DNA of 64,000 nucleotides. Source: Paragordius varius (taxonomy: Eukaryota; Animalia; Nematomorpha). Below are positions 25,156 to 39,600 of this stretch, one piece after another (the first letter of the stretch is position 1; every line of letters begins with the position of its first letter). A model generated the notes under the pieces. The model saw only the letters and a list, made by a program, of their open reading frames with translations, did not search any database and was not told where the DNA came from. Position numbers and translations under genes: made by a program. The DNA is taken from positions 6,324,001 through 6,388,000 of the forward strand of contig OZ176053.1 of the NCBI GenBank assembly GCA_964247055.1. The letters run 5' to 3'.

Positions 25156-28100
25156 CTAGCGTAAATCTCGTGCTGCTACGCAGCCCGAGAAAGTCCTTCG
25201 GACTTCTAAGGGGGGGGGGGGGGTGGGGGGCTATTTGAAAACAGGGACAATAAATTGATCCAGATATGTGAATTATTTCGAAACATTATTTGATAGCTAT
25301 GATCTCACAGGAAATTCAAAACGGTGCATTCATACTAATATGTTGTTTACTTGGGCGGAAAATAGATTCAAAAAATTATTTTTTGGACTTTGTTTTTTAA
25401 AAAAAATGGCATTTTACGGGGGGAGCGGGTAAAAAGAGGGCCTATATTAAAAAGGCGAGGCGAAAATGTTCGGCGCAATCGAATATAACTAAACAAAAAT
25501 TATATTTGAATGAATGGTCCAACACGTTCTCCGGAAAATTGTCTCAAATACGCGATTTTGTGGACTTCTGTTTTCAAAAAAAACGCGTTTTTTACACGGG
25601 GTGGGCCTGAACTGGGGGCCTAATTCAAAAAAAGGGCGAAGGTATTGTCGAGGCATTCATTAATGATTATATTTTTTTCATAATTGGATTCGAATGGGTC
25701 TACAGGTTTTCCGGAAACAGATCACAAAGCCAGCATTTTCTATTTTTTATAAATATATAGATTATCTATATTAGGTTATCCCAAAAATGGCGTTAAGAAT
25801 GGAAGTAATAAATTTGAAGTTTTGGAATCAATTGATAATGGATCCGGCTGTGATGATGTGGCAGGATGTTGGTATTTTCCATTACCTCATAAAAGCGGTC
25901 CAAACAATAGAGTATTTACCCCTTCTTTACATTATTTAACAATCAAAAAAAAGACAAAATGTGAAAACTGAAAAAATTTTTGTTAAAAAAAACAGACATA
26001 CTACCCTTTTTAACATTATTTATTATGAGTTATCGTTTTGAATTGCAAAATAAGAATCAGAGATGTAAATTAATAACACCCTTTATTATATAATATTTGA
26101 TAATAGTAATAATCATAAATGTTATAAAAGTCAAGATATAAAAAAGTGTGACTGTCTTAAAAAATTAGTCTTTTAGTTTTCACGTTGGTGTCATACCCAA
26201 TCCTAATTTTATGTTAAAACGAAAAATAGGTGGGTAATCCCTTAAGTAAAGACTTTATCCCCTACATGGAAGATGGAACTCTTAAAGCTTGTTCGGGTCC
26301 CTCGGCTCAAACTGTCCTTAACAATAGTAAAATTATATCGTATTGGAAAAATGCACGAACTCGAATTTTATCTCAATTAGTTGTATACGAAGATTATGAT
26401 AATAATGCTGATGATGGTGATATTAATGGTTCTAACATTGCAAGTTTACTCTACTTATATACCATATTTCTCTGTCATAGTTTTTTTATTACCTAATTAA
26501 ATAATTAACTCATATATGAATCGTATGTAATTAATATGTAAAGCTTAATGTTTAGCCATTAAAAGATCCATATATTGAAAAATTTTGGTATTCGAAACAT
26601 ACAAGTACTTTATATCCTTTTTTTCTATCACACTTTACATAATAACTGATTAACTGTGCCCAACATTTTTTTATTAGTATAAGGCAGTTTTTATTTTATA
26701 TAACAATTTTAGTACACTTTACTTAATTTATAATTAAATTATATTTTATATTAAAAATAAAATTATTTTGCATATATTAGTGCTGCCAAACGATCAAATC
26801 AGTAAAATAAAATCCCGTGATTCAAATTTCATATATGGTGCAATAGTTCCACGTTTAGTTGTTTGTGGTACCGTATCTCGAAGGGCTGTCGAACCCACAT
26901 GGTTAACTGCAAGCAATGCTAGAGTGATTATTTTAAATTTATTTTACATTTTGCGTTTGTTTTATTAAGGAAAATTCTACTGCAATCTCCCCGTGGTGAT
27001 GACTGAATCACCTTTGGTAAACTAACAACTGAGGCCAGGTTTGGATTTGCTGAAAAAATATTTATTTAACAATGAGTTTAGAAAGGGGAATGTGAAAACG
27101 AAAAACCTTAACTCACCGCATTTGACATGAATTTCAATTAAAAATTCTGCACTGTAGTTACATATTATGTAATTTATTGGAAATAAATTGTTTTGTATAA
27201 ATTAAATGCAAAAAGGCACAGGGCCAATCAATCTTATTGCATAAGGTGATTGAATATATAATAGCAAAAAAGATAGCTATTTTAACGGTAATCAAATTTT
27301 ATATGTTATGACTCTATATATTTTTAGATAATGACAGTAAAAATTGAATTTATACAGACAAAATGTAAAATCATAAATACAAATATATTTAAAACACCAC
27401 TCTACTTTTTTAAACTTGATTATTTTAGAATACTATTTATTCATTCAAATTACAAAGTATGAAATAGAGATGTAAATTGGGAACAGGATCAATTATATAT
27501 TTTACAATTTATATGGGAAACATTAATGTTAGAAAAATATAGTTGTCTTTTGAAAAAATATTTGTCTTTATATTTACGATATGTATAATTTTAATTTATC
27601 TGTATATGAGTTGATTGTCAAAATTGATCGCTCGCTTTAAAAGTAAATAAATATATAATAAATAAATTGCTAAACTTTGATTCCAAATATTTTGGTATTT
27701 ATACTCTATAAATTAATTAATTTTTCAGAAATATATAATTATGGTTGTGACAAATCAAAATGAACCAACAATAGTAATTATATCTCACCTTGATTATAAA
27801 AATATTTTAGGCCGACAGATTGGGGAGTGAGCTAAAAGCTATAATTCAATCACCTCCTGGTTATTGCTTTATTGGAGCAGATGTTGATAGCCAGGAATTA
27901 TGGATTGCTTCCATTTTGGGTGATGCAAATAATTTGGCGGCAAAAACGCATGGATCCACTCCATTAGGCTGGATGACTTTGCAAGGTTATAAGTGTTTAT
28001 GTAGAGAGTACATATATTATGTAAAAGACATTTTTCGTATTTCATTATCTTTGATTTTATAAGGATATCCTATCGTTTTGGGTTGTAAAAAGGGGAATGG

Positions 28101-30433
28101 AGATGTGGATTTGTAATACAAATTTTATATTCATATTTGTATAAAATAAATTTTGGATCATTCTATAATTTTTGAATTTCCAATAAATTTAATAGAATTT
28201 TTAATTTTCTGAATAAACTATTGTAGGGAATAAAAAGGATAAAACTGATATGCATAGTAGAACGGCCGAGCTCATCGGAACGTCTCGAGATGAAGCTAAA
28301 GTCCTTAACTATGCTCGTATATATGGGGCTGGACCTAATTTCGCTGCCAGATTAATTAGTAAATTTCAACGACTTAACAAAGAAGAGGCCTTTAAAAAGG
28401 CCAAAGAAATGTATCGAGCAACTAAGGGTAATTATTTTATTCACAGTTTTAACTATTATAACTTCAATAGCTTTTATCTAATTCTCTTTTATTTTATTTA
28501 AAATATTATTTTAGCATGTATCTAAACAGTTTAAATATCATGCCATATTTTATTGTAATTATGGATTATTGACCCAGTAGGTTAAGTTAGTCATTTAAAT
28601 TGAGATCAAATATGGTGTTTTTCTCATGTAATAGTTGGCGTAATTTTTGGTCTTTGCATTGTTTTGTAGTAGGGTACGGTGGCAAGTATTTTATAAAGGC
28701 GCTCCAACTTTTAAAAAATAAGGATTAGTTAAATTTACGCTAAAAATAAAACCCTGTTTTCCAAAAATCTGCAAAATCGATAGTTTTGTCTAATGGATGC
28801 GGAACATACGAAACCCACCCCACAATACAAATTAAAAATGAAGGAATGAAAATTAAATAGGAAATTACTTAAAAAATTCACATTAACCAACCGCTCAAAC
28901 ATTTTTCTAGGAAAATCTAATTTATTATAAATAACTTGACACCCATAAATTATATATATGTATCCGAATAGGTAAACGTGTCTCAGTTCCCATAGAAAAT
29001 TATGTATCCGATTCTTTTAGCTACAATGAACCTGTCCGTAAGTCAATGTGGAAAGATGGTTCAGAATCCGATATGTTTAACATGTTGGAAACAATCGCCA
29101 CCTCAGACAAACCAAAAACACCCTTTCTCGAATCCCGAATTTGTAGGACGCTAGAACCGGCCGCAGTTGGTTCCAATTTTATGACAAGTCGAACTAATTG
29201 GGTAGTTCAAAGTTCAGCCGTCGACTTTTTACATCTTATGTTGGTAAAATATTTAGATACCTCTCTTTTTGTTTTTAAATAAGAAGGCTGCATTGTTTAT
29301 CAACGAAAACCAATTGTTAAAAATATTTTTTGAAAGAATCCTAATATGTATTATATGTATTTCAGCAACATAAATTTTTACAGACATTATATATGTTTAT
29401 TTTAAAATGTGATTAATGACATCTATTTAAATCAATTTATTTGTCCTATTGTATCGCTCGGAAAAATTTTAACAAAGAAGCGAAAAAATATTTAACGGAC
29501 AAATTGTTTCGAAAAATATATTACTATTTATCGTCTAAAACTAATTTGTAGTAAATGTAATTATACATTGTGGGTTGTATTAGGTTTGCATGAAATGGCT
29601 CATGGATGAATATGATATTGAAGGCCGTTTTTCCATTAGCATTCATGATGAAGTGAGATATCTCGTAACAGAAAAAGATAAATACAGGGCAGCTTTAGCA
29701 TTGCAATTAACGAATTTATATACGCGGGCTTTTTTTAGTTATCAACTCGGAATATATGATTTACCCTTGGTAATTTTTTAAATAATTTGAATGGATCTCA
29801 TGAGCTTTTTACAATACGCCGTGCTTATAAACTATTAGTTTATGCTGATCTTTATGCACTTTTTTCCAAAATAAATATTCTTTTAAGTTATAATCGTTCT
29901 AAGTTAACTGTACCTTTTATGATATTTTGGGCCTACTAAAATTGAAATAATTAAATATATCCATGGGATAATTTAATTTAATATCATTAAAAAATGATTA
30001 ATAGCTAAAGGTTAATTAGAAAATTGTTGATATTCCTTATATTTTTTCCACAATTAAGATCAATATGGGAAAAGGGAGAAAGGGCTAAAGTCCACTGTAA
30101 AATTTTTCTCATTTATACTTACTATTAAATACATGTATTAGAATGTGGCCTTTTTCTCAGCCGTTGATATAGATAAATGTTTAAGGAAAGAAGTGGATAC
30201 CGATTGTGTGACACCATCTAATCAAGAAGGCTTGCTCACAAACTATGGGATTGACAAAGGTTTGCAAAATTTTTAATTCTTCTTACAGAAAATACAAAAT
30301 ATGTTATTACAAATTAAAATTTCTGATTAAATTGCTTTTACTTATATTTTAATAATTAATTCATATAGGAGAAGCCCTTAACATTTACGAGATTGTTGAT
30401 AAAACTGGGGGAACATTGTCGTTACACAAATAG
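17436..30433 (+). CDS. POLG: Mitochondrial DNA polymerase gamma catalytic subunit, ~20 exons
   Basis: Exo I FDVEV (17789-17930), Exo [10 protein letters not shown] (19002-19171), Exo [13 protein letters not shown] (20220-20341), [52 protein letters not shown], motif [13 protein letters not shown], motif [17 protein letters not shown], motif [10 protein letters not shown], and [14 protein letters not shown]. Exons join in consistent phase; stop TAG 30431-30433. Confidence 0.97.
17764..17788 (+). other. 25-nt GT-AG intron (first coding intron of POLG)
   Basis: GTAAGCTTAATTATTAATATTTTAG. Removal gives EWKLQAGWTRY, colinear with POLG WAWAEGWTRY; retention gives an in-frame TAA at 17778-17780. 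Confidence 0.85.
18726..19010 (+). repeat. Tandem duplication (~113-122-bp unit, ~2.4 copies) overlapping a POLG splice acceptor
   Basis: CGATACTTA(C/A)ACAACATTT starts at 18726, 18848 and 18961; the last unit runs into exon 3. Confidence 0.85.
20487..21170. mobile_element. Foldback-type non-autonomous DNA transposon with inverted arms of 21-bp tandem repeats (in a POLG intron)
   Basis: Terminal IR TATACCATTTGCACTTCAAGAGTGTCCTTGAAC / GTTCAAGGACACTCTTGAAGTGCAAATGGTATA. Five units on the left and seven on the right of AAGGACCAACTTGAA(C/T)TGTTC. The outer TA may be the TSD. Confidence 0.85.
24072..24100. repeat. (TA)n microsatellite
   Basis: Perfect TA run. Others at ~25123-25155, 53661-53693, ~54136-54172 and ~54590-54610. 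Confidence 0.95.
25156..25761 (-). mobile_element. Non-autonomous Helitron (in a POLG intron)
   Basis: On the minus strand A|TCTATATATTTATAAAAAATAGAAAATGCTGG...CTCGGGCTGCGTAGCAGCACGAGATTTACGCTAG|T: 5' TC, 3' CTAG, subterminal hairpin, AT insertion site, no TSD. Confidence 0.85.
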
Positions 30434-30646
30434 AAAAAAAATAACATCTCAACAATGCATACTCTTATATTTGCTCAAAATTATATATATTAAAATTTAT
30501 TATTTTGATAATCATAATACTTAAGTATTATGATTATCAAATTTCAATTGTAATACTATTATTGTATAAAAATAGATATGAATAAAAACCGGTGTCATCA
30601 TATGATCTATTAAAAAATATTTTTTTTGCATATATCTTTGTGTTTT

Positions 30647-33600
30647 TTAATATTCAATAGTGACTGTTTTGACATTTAACCATTCTTTCAGTGCTTCTTG
30701 ACCTAAAAAATATTAGTATTATATAAAATATCGAAATAATTACGAAGGATAAATCTTAAATAAAATCCTATTTTTGCCATTTTTACAAAATATAACCTCT
30801 AAAATGTTTTTTATGTGTTAAAACAAGGGAAAAAATTATTATTTTATTGATAATAAAACTTGTTTGTATAAAAAGGTCATAAAAATCGGCCATTTTAGTA
30901 TATCTACATAATTTAATATTTATAAATATTGACGATAAACCAGAAATAGTACACATATAAAATTAAGGCTTTTAAATAAATATATACAATTATAATCATA
31001 AAAAAGTTCTCTATTCATATATTAAAAATATAATTTAGCTATATATATAAATACATATATTATGCATACCCAAATCTTTGCCAAAACCACTTTGTTTAAA
31101 GCCACCAAAAGGTGCCGCAACATCCGTTTTATTGTAAGTGTTTATGAAAACCGTTCCAGACTCAATCTTGTCAGCAAATTTGAGGGCTCGTGTAATATTT
31201 TGAGTCAATATGCCTGACGCTAATCCATATTCTGTTCGATTGGCACGATTTATTACGTTGTCATAATCCCTAAGAAAAAATAGTTTAACAGATCCATGAA
31301 ATTAAATAATAATGTCTGCCAATTTCATATTTTATTTGAGCCAAATTAATATTTATTTGAAAGCATCAGGATTATTTACAAATATTAAAATATAGAATAA
31401 TTTGCGTCTTTAAAAATCGTATTATATCTATTGCATTTTAATATAATAATAATATAGTTGTTATTGTAGAATGCTTATAAAATAATCTGCTATTTATCCA
31501 AATTTAATTATACCATTCTGAAGAGTTTAATAAAAAATTGAGTACCCATTTTTAAATTTTGATATAATCATAATGGGTCCAAAAGATTCTTCCTGAGCCA
31601 CATACATCCAATCCTCCACATCTGTAAATATACAAGGTTCGAAATAATATCCAGGACAATCGAGCCTTTTACCACCGTACACTAATCGAGCACCTTCCTT
31701 AACTCCTTTGTCAACGTACTCCAATAATTTTTGTAAGTGCGCTCTGTCAATTCGATTTGAAATAAAAATATATTTTGAATTAGATGATCATGAAACAAAG
31801 GTTATAGATATTAGTAGGCATTTTAAAATAATTGTCATAAATTAAGCATTTATAATAGGATTCTCTTTAATTGAAAATCCTTTCTAGAAAAAATTATATA
31901 AATTTTTTTTGTATGCGATAGCCTATATAAGGTGATATAGTTAATTGATAGGAAATACCAATAACATCAAGAATGTTGCACACGGATAAAATCCATTACC
32001 TTTACAGTATAAAAAGACATCGCTTATTATAACAAATTTAACTAATACGTTATATTAACCCTTCATGTTTTCTGATTTTTTAATTTATGTATGAAACGGT
32101 TGTTGTGGTTTTCTATAATGATTATCTTATTTTCGGCAAAATGTCTTTCATTGCAGACGTGTTCAGAGAGATCTGAAGTGGGTTTGTTTGATCGGATTGA
32201 ATGGTTCACATCAACAAACATCGATTTTACCACTTTTCCCTATAAGGACATTTTCGATGGAGCTTATGAAATATAAGAGACATGAACATTAATCTCAAAC
32301 ATATTTCATCAAAATGGCTAAACTTAAAAACGTTTCTTTCAAATACAACACATATTGCATAAATAGAGCAAAATTTTGTATATACAACAATCTTCCCATA
32401 TATTAACAATGTTACGACCAAAATCGGTATTATACGCAATAGATTTAATCGCACAGAGGATAAACGAAACTTATTTATCCAATCAAATACAAATATTTGA
32501 TGCCCAAATTAAACTACCTGTTATTTTCAAATGTTCACGTTAAAGTGTCTATATTTAGGGTAAAAATATATTCGTTTGTGTAAACATTCCCGATATAACC
32601 GATCAAACTAACACTTCCGTTATCTCTGAACAGGTGTGCAATATTATATTGCAAGCCCAAACTAAGGTCATAAACAAACATAGAAAACCACAACGAGCGT
32701 CTCATACGCGAAGCAATAGATAAAAACTACAATGCATGACTCAATAAGGATGATGGTGCAGTACCTATATGAAACTATATACTAGAACAAAAACAAATTT
32801 ATTATATCAATCCATTACAATTATTACAAAAATCAATGCTCACACACAATCAATTACATCAGATATTTCTATTTATTTTTTAAATATATTTATACACAAA
32901 AGCATAATCGCTTCCCTGATTTGTCGCTTCATATCGAGGCAATATACGAAGTTATAATTAATCTATCGAATGATATTTGTTGTATATTTTTATTTATCAA
33001 TTTTAGTATTATTTGGATAAAGAGAATGTTAGATATTTAAAAAAAAGAAATTTTACAAAAAATTTAAATTGCAAAATGTTACGTCTATAAATATAATCAT
33101 TGTCTTTTGATTTTGCAAAGGTATTTTTTCCAGTATACAAAAGCATGAGGCTCAATTTATTGGTATTATTTTTTCGGGAAAGACTTTTCAATAAAAGTCG
33201 AAAATTAAAAATTTTATATTAAATATTGTATGAAGAAAACTTTTCAGGTCATAAAAAAAATTAAAAAACGAAAAAGTAAAAGAATAAAATAGTCGCATAT
33301 GGTTGATATATGGATTTTAATTGACAACATAATTTTTTTCTATAATTTCAATCACATAGGTTACGAAAAATCAATAATAGTTTTGTTATAAAAAATACTT
33401 TTTGATTCTTTACTAATTAGTTTAGATGTAACAAATATGAAAAATATTAAAACTTACAAATGATTTTGTGGGCCATGATGTACCGATCTATCAAAAGGAT
33501 TACCAATACTTATTTTGGAAACTGATTCAACCTTTTAAACATACATAAATTTTAATATAACAAACTTGGGGAGATAGTGCTATTATTTATATAAATACTT

Positions 33601-36600
33601 TGGACATCGTGAAAGAAGTAAAATAAAAAATGGAACTTAGATTAATAAATAAGCATTTTAGAAAATGTAATTGTAAAGTAATTTGGTACCATAACAAAAA
33701 TAAAGTAAACTAAACAAAATTATAGTTGATATACCAATTTTTCTAACATTGTGTCATATATAGATTCTTCAATAAATATACGACCAGCAGCTATACAATT
33801 TTCACCTTTGTTAAACATGGTACTGCCAATAACCTTATAATGAATAAAAAATATATTAAGCACGGATGCTGGACAAAAATTGTTAAGGTAAAACTATTTA
33901 AATTACTTACGATTTTTACGGCCTTATCAACATCACAATCCGCTAAAACAATGAGAGGGGACTTCCCACCAAGTTCCAAAGAACATTTCTTGATATTATG
34001 TTTCGCACATCTGCATAAATATATTTAATTATAAAAAAGGAGTAAAGGTTATTCAAAATTGTTAATGGTATTAATATATTTTTTTACGTTTCCATAATGT
34101 GTTTTCCAACATCGGTTGAACCAGTGAACCCAATCTTGCGGAGAAATGGATTTGTTAAAATTGCCTCTCCACAAACTCGTCCTATAGAGGTGAGATTTGT
34201 TTAATAAGAATGCTTTTAAATTTAAACAAAATACTATAATTGGGACATATATTCACTAAAAATAATATTATATTGACTAAAAATATTAAATATTTACAAT
34301 AATATAATTTCAATTATTTTAGGGTTCTATAAAAAAAATATAGCGTGTTGGTTTAAACAAAATTATAAAATGATATGAAAATTTTTAAAACCGGAGCCGG
34401 GTAATATGTTTATTACGCCTTTCGGGAATCCCGCTAAGTGACTCAATTCTGCAAATTTCAGGGCTGTTAATGGACTGACCTATTGTTTTAGTAAAAATAA
34501 TAGTTAATACATTATAATAGATATTCCAAAGACAAAACGTCAAAGCTAAAAGGAAATATTTTTTTAAAAAGACAACCATAATTTCCTTGATTTTTTAAAT
34601 ATTATCTTTATGATTACAATATTAACGAATTACAAATCTATTCCCTATTTTGAAACGCAATTTAACAAATTATATTCAAAAAAAATTATAAATTGAATAA
34701 GTATGGTTGTCTTTATAAAAAATATAAGGTTTTTGCTATTTTTACATTTTGTCTCTACAAAATTAACATCATTTTATCAAATTAAAATATAATTAATTAC
34801 CTGGGCAGGTTTAACCACAACAGTATTCCCGGCAGCCAAACATGGTGAAATTTTCCAAGCCAACATCATTAATGGATAATTCCAAGGCGTAATTATCCCA
34901 CACGGACCGATAGCTTCTTTCTTGGTGAATGTCAAATTATTGTTGGGTCTGGCATTGTTTATGGGTATGGTGGAGCCCTTTTGTAATTAAAAAAATGAGA
35001 AATAGTTTTTAAAAATTTCCAATCAATGCAATTTAATCAAGAGATGAACTTTGTTTTAATACAAATTATACTTAAATAATTAGTTTCATAAACATGGGTT
35101 TACCTAACGAAATTTTGAATCAATATCATCATACAAATACCCATTTTAAAGCATTATAACGGATATAATAATTTTTTAACCTTAAACAATAAAATATGTC
35201 GAAACTAACCTTGTATTACTTTTGTAAAATTAATAAAGACTAGAAAAATAATAGATCTAAAAATAATTTACCCTCATAAAAAACCTATATGTAATACCAG
35301 ATTATTCAAAATTTTAACCCAAAATAATGAATAATTATCAAATAAGCTTTATGGTAAATTTATTTTATAGGATAGAAAGGTCAAATCATAAAACTATAAA
35401 TGATATAAAATTTAATTAATGATTCGTTTGAAATAACTTAAATCGAAAAAATATTATTATAATATATAAAATAAGCTCTGTTAAAGCTTGTTTAAAAGAA
35501 AACTGTTTGTAAGCTATTATAAAAACAAATGCAACCATAATTTTAACCCATAAAAAATTAGCCCTTTAATATAAAAATTTAATTACATAAACAATTTTTT
35601 TTACAAACAATTTTTATATCATTAATTTTAACCAAAAATAGTATTATACATATTATTTTTAAAAAATAGCACTACAAAAAAATATAAAATACTTCAATCC
35701 AATATATTTTGTTAAAACAACATATAGATCCATTTATTTTATCAAATATATATATATATTAAATAAATGATCACAATAGCCAACATATAAATCCGCAATT
35801 AAACCGAAAAATATAAGAATCATTTAATGTTACAAACTACTACGACAAAAATGTTAATTAAAAAGTAAAACAAATTATTTACCTCAATCTTATCACACCA
35901 TCCAGCAAAGTATCGTATGGTATCAATACTCATTCCCACGTGCGTTTTCAGAGCCGTCGTATAAACTGCCCCACTATCCAAGCACTCAAGTGTGGCCAAC
36001 TCGTCTTTGTGTTGTTCCAATAAATCGGCCAATTTGAACATAAGAGCGCCTCTATCACGTGCATTCATTTGGGGCCAAGGGCCTTTGACAAAAGCATCCT
36101 ATAAAGTAAATGGCGCAATAATAAGCAAAACTAAAAGACAAAAAATCGCTCAATAAAATTCCCATATAATATAAACTTTTCCCGTGATGTATAAATATTC
36201 GATGCAGTGTGTAATGTTTATAAGTTGTTAAGGCCATAATCTGTCTATTATATTAACTATCATTTTAATTATTATATTTTATATCAAAGGCCTATGACAA
36301 AAGCATCCCACGTATATTTAGTAAATGGCGCAATAATTAAAAAAGACAGATACTTAGTTATAAAGACAAATGCCATATTTTTTACCTTGATTTTGCTTTA
36401 ATAAAAAGTATGGTTGTATATATTTGGAGTAAAGATATTTAGGTTGTGTCAATAGGTTAGCGCAATAACAGTAAAATTAAAATTATAAACACCTGAGTAA
36501 AATCTAAATATCAACCAAAAAACAGGACGATGTTCTTAATCCTTGATTTTGTTTGATATATAACATCGTTTTGGGTTACGAAATAATAATAGATATGTTT

Positions 36601-39600
36601 CGTAAAACACTTAATATGTATTTCACAATGTAAGTTTTTAATCAAAACATCTCATAATGGATCAAAGGCAGGCATAAAACTATAAGACATTGACAAATAA
36701 AGAATATTTTTTTCAAATGCTATTTATCAATTTATTAAACATGTCAAATAAAAAAAATTCCTATTTTAGCCTTAAATAGCTTGTTATTTGATAATAATAA
36801 TGATTAAATTCACGCAATATTAATTACAAAAATTAATATTACATGAGCTGCTTTACAAGCCTTTGCGACATCCTCTTTAGAAGCTTCTGAAACGTAACAA
36901 ATAGTTTGTTCGGATGCCGGGTTAAGGGTCACATATTCGGCTCCATCATATGCATTCACGAATTCACCATTTATATAGAGTTGATGCGGGAATTTGAGAG
37001 ATAAATCATTGCATTCAACAAGCACCTTTTTATAAATATATATATATATATATATGTATTGTAAAAACCTTATGATGACCCACCCTTATAATTATTAAAA
37101 ATCGCTTATATTGAAGCACTCATATGAAGAATCAAAAACGTTGAAAAAATATCTTTTTTAAGATTAATTAAATATTATATATTGTTGGAAAAACCTACTA
37201 TTAATTGAAAATATTCGAATAAATTTTTCTCAAAAAAGGGTCATGTAGTACCAACAGTTCGGGTCATTATGGAAAAAAGAGTCCACAATGTATAGAATAT
37301 ATCTTAACTTTTATTAATATTTTAATGTATTTAAAGATGTGCAAATTATACCGGGTGATACTCAACCTCCAAACTTTTTTTGCTATCATCGGTGTTTTGA
37401 AACTTATGGATCATGAATTTCAAAAACTCTCTGTAAGTTGAATTCATGTAAACACCCTCAGGAGTTAATTCTATGCTCGTTTTATCTTTCATCTCTTCCA
37501 AAAGTCTGTGTAAAATAAAAAAACTCATTGCATGAGAGGACACAAATGCGATAAATTAAATACAGTAATAAAATGAAATTAAAAAGACAAAAACTAAATA
37601 AAACAATTAGTTTTATACACATCATATTTTTCCACCTTAATTTTTTAATATATAACTTATTGATTTCGGTGGCAAAATAAGGAATAAATTAGTAAATTGG
37701 TTACACATAAAATAATAAATTCCGTCATTCTAATCATTTATATTATATAGAAAAATAAGAGTAAAAAATATGGGTGTGTTTACAAAAAAAATTTGTCTTA
37801 TAGTTTTTACATTTTCACTTAATTATTTTTAAATGTATAATAATGTATATAAATTATTAACAACCAAATAATAGGATACCACATTTATCTAATACTAATA
37901 ATTATATTTAAAAATTATTATTATATTATTATTACCTTACAACATCCATTGAATCAGCTCCAAGCGCAAAAAAATCCAACTCAGGAGAAATAAAACTAAC
38001 CACTTCACCATGTGTTTTAGCATTCGTATCTTGTAATATGAGCCCTTTTTGCGTTAAATTCAATATATTATCCCAAGCGGCTATAACATGGTTTGTCAGT
38101 ATGGCAATATCTTCACTACCATTTTGTTTTTCACCTGTGTAGTTTTTTAAAAGTAAAAAATAGAATACAATAACTATCTAGTTTACTCTGCTAATAAACA
38201 GCAAAAAAACAGACATTTTTCAAGGAAAAAAAAGTCTGAAGCCTAAACAAGCGGTCCTGAATTTTTTAACCGCCTGGAAAATGATTACAATATTTAAAGA
38301 GAAAACGTTATGGAACAGCAATTTTTGAACTAAAAGTAGAAAATGTTTTGTAAAAAAAACAAGGGTTTAATTGTTTTTTTGCATCCTTATTTTTATAGAA
38401 ATAGATGATTTAGTATGATAAAATTGAATAATTCATAGAAATGCCTATATTTATCAACTAAAATCATATTTTGACCAAGATTATTTAAGTCAACCTTTTG
38501 TTATTAGTAAATATTATCCTTGTTATAAATATTTTTTATATTAGTAATGAATTAATCCTATAGTCAATGTTTAATCGATTTAAATATGCGTAACAAATAT
38601 CTTCAATAATTAGACAAGTTGATGAGTAAGTAAAGGTTTCCTGGCATTAAGTGACCAAAAAGATAAAGTCAGAGTAGATCAAAGGAAAAGGGAACCCATT
38701 AAGATAATTAATTAATTGGGAAAATGTTTTTATTTAATAAAAAAATATTTCGATTGTTTTGAAAATCATTACGATTGACTGAGAAAATGTTTTTTAGACG
38801 GGACATAGTTGGTCAATTGGCAACACAGTAGTGTATAGAAAAACCGATAAAAAATTAAAATTTTACCTATCTTAAATTATGTTGTCCCTTTAATTATTGT
38901 CAAAAACGCTACTGTATTACATATTGACCAACAATAACATAGTTAGGATAAATGTGCAAACAAAATAAACGATTTAAAATATGTATATGGATCGGAACGT
39001 AGAGGTTGAAGGCAGAAATAAAACACAAAAAAATCATTGATATTTATAAGTATAAATTCCAATAGTTTTTGGAGAAAAATTTATATATAGAAGCCCCCAA
39101 AGGTGTAGCTAGATATATGGAAAAAAGGCAAAACTAAAATAAATTTTTTTATCAATTTAACCGCAGTCGCACATATAGCGCTGAAAGAGGTGGTGTCAAT
39201 TTCGCAATTGCATAACTTTTTATTGTGTGCAATAAAATTCACATCTTTCCTATTTTTGAAATAAATGCGATTATTAATTTTCCACTATTATTTTTAATTT
39301 GTTCTTGTATTCTTAAGCTTTTTTGTGGGTTTTTTTGTTTAATCGAAAAGATAATTGAATTTGGCAACACGAATTAAATCTGTGGAATAGTCAAATCGAT
39401 AAAACAACCATTTTAAATAAATTTAGAGGCATGAAATTCGCCATATTAAAATTATATTAAAGTATATAGATAGAATTTACCATTGCTTGTGTTCAAAGAT
39501 AAATCGCTGTTTTGGGATATAATATCGTCACTAAATAAACCACTATCATGATCAAGCCCATTATCCAAATTGAAATAATCCTTGAGTGTTTTGCTATCCA

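Noticed and set aside
26996-27053. GTGATGA...CTGA...CTGA in a POLG intron, resembling a box C/D snoRNA
   Set aside because: No terminal stem, no C' box and no rRNA/snRNA complement that I can recognise. A snoscan/Infernal search would be needed to revive it.
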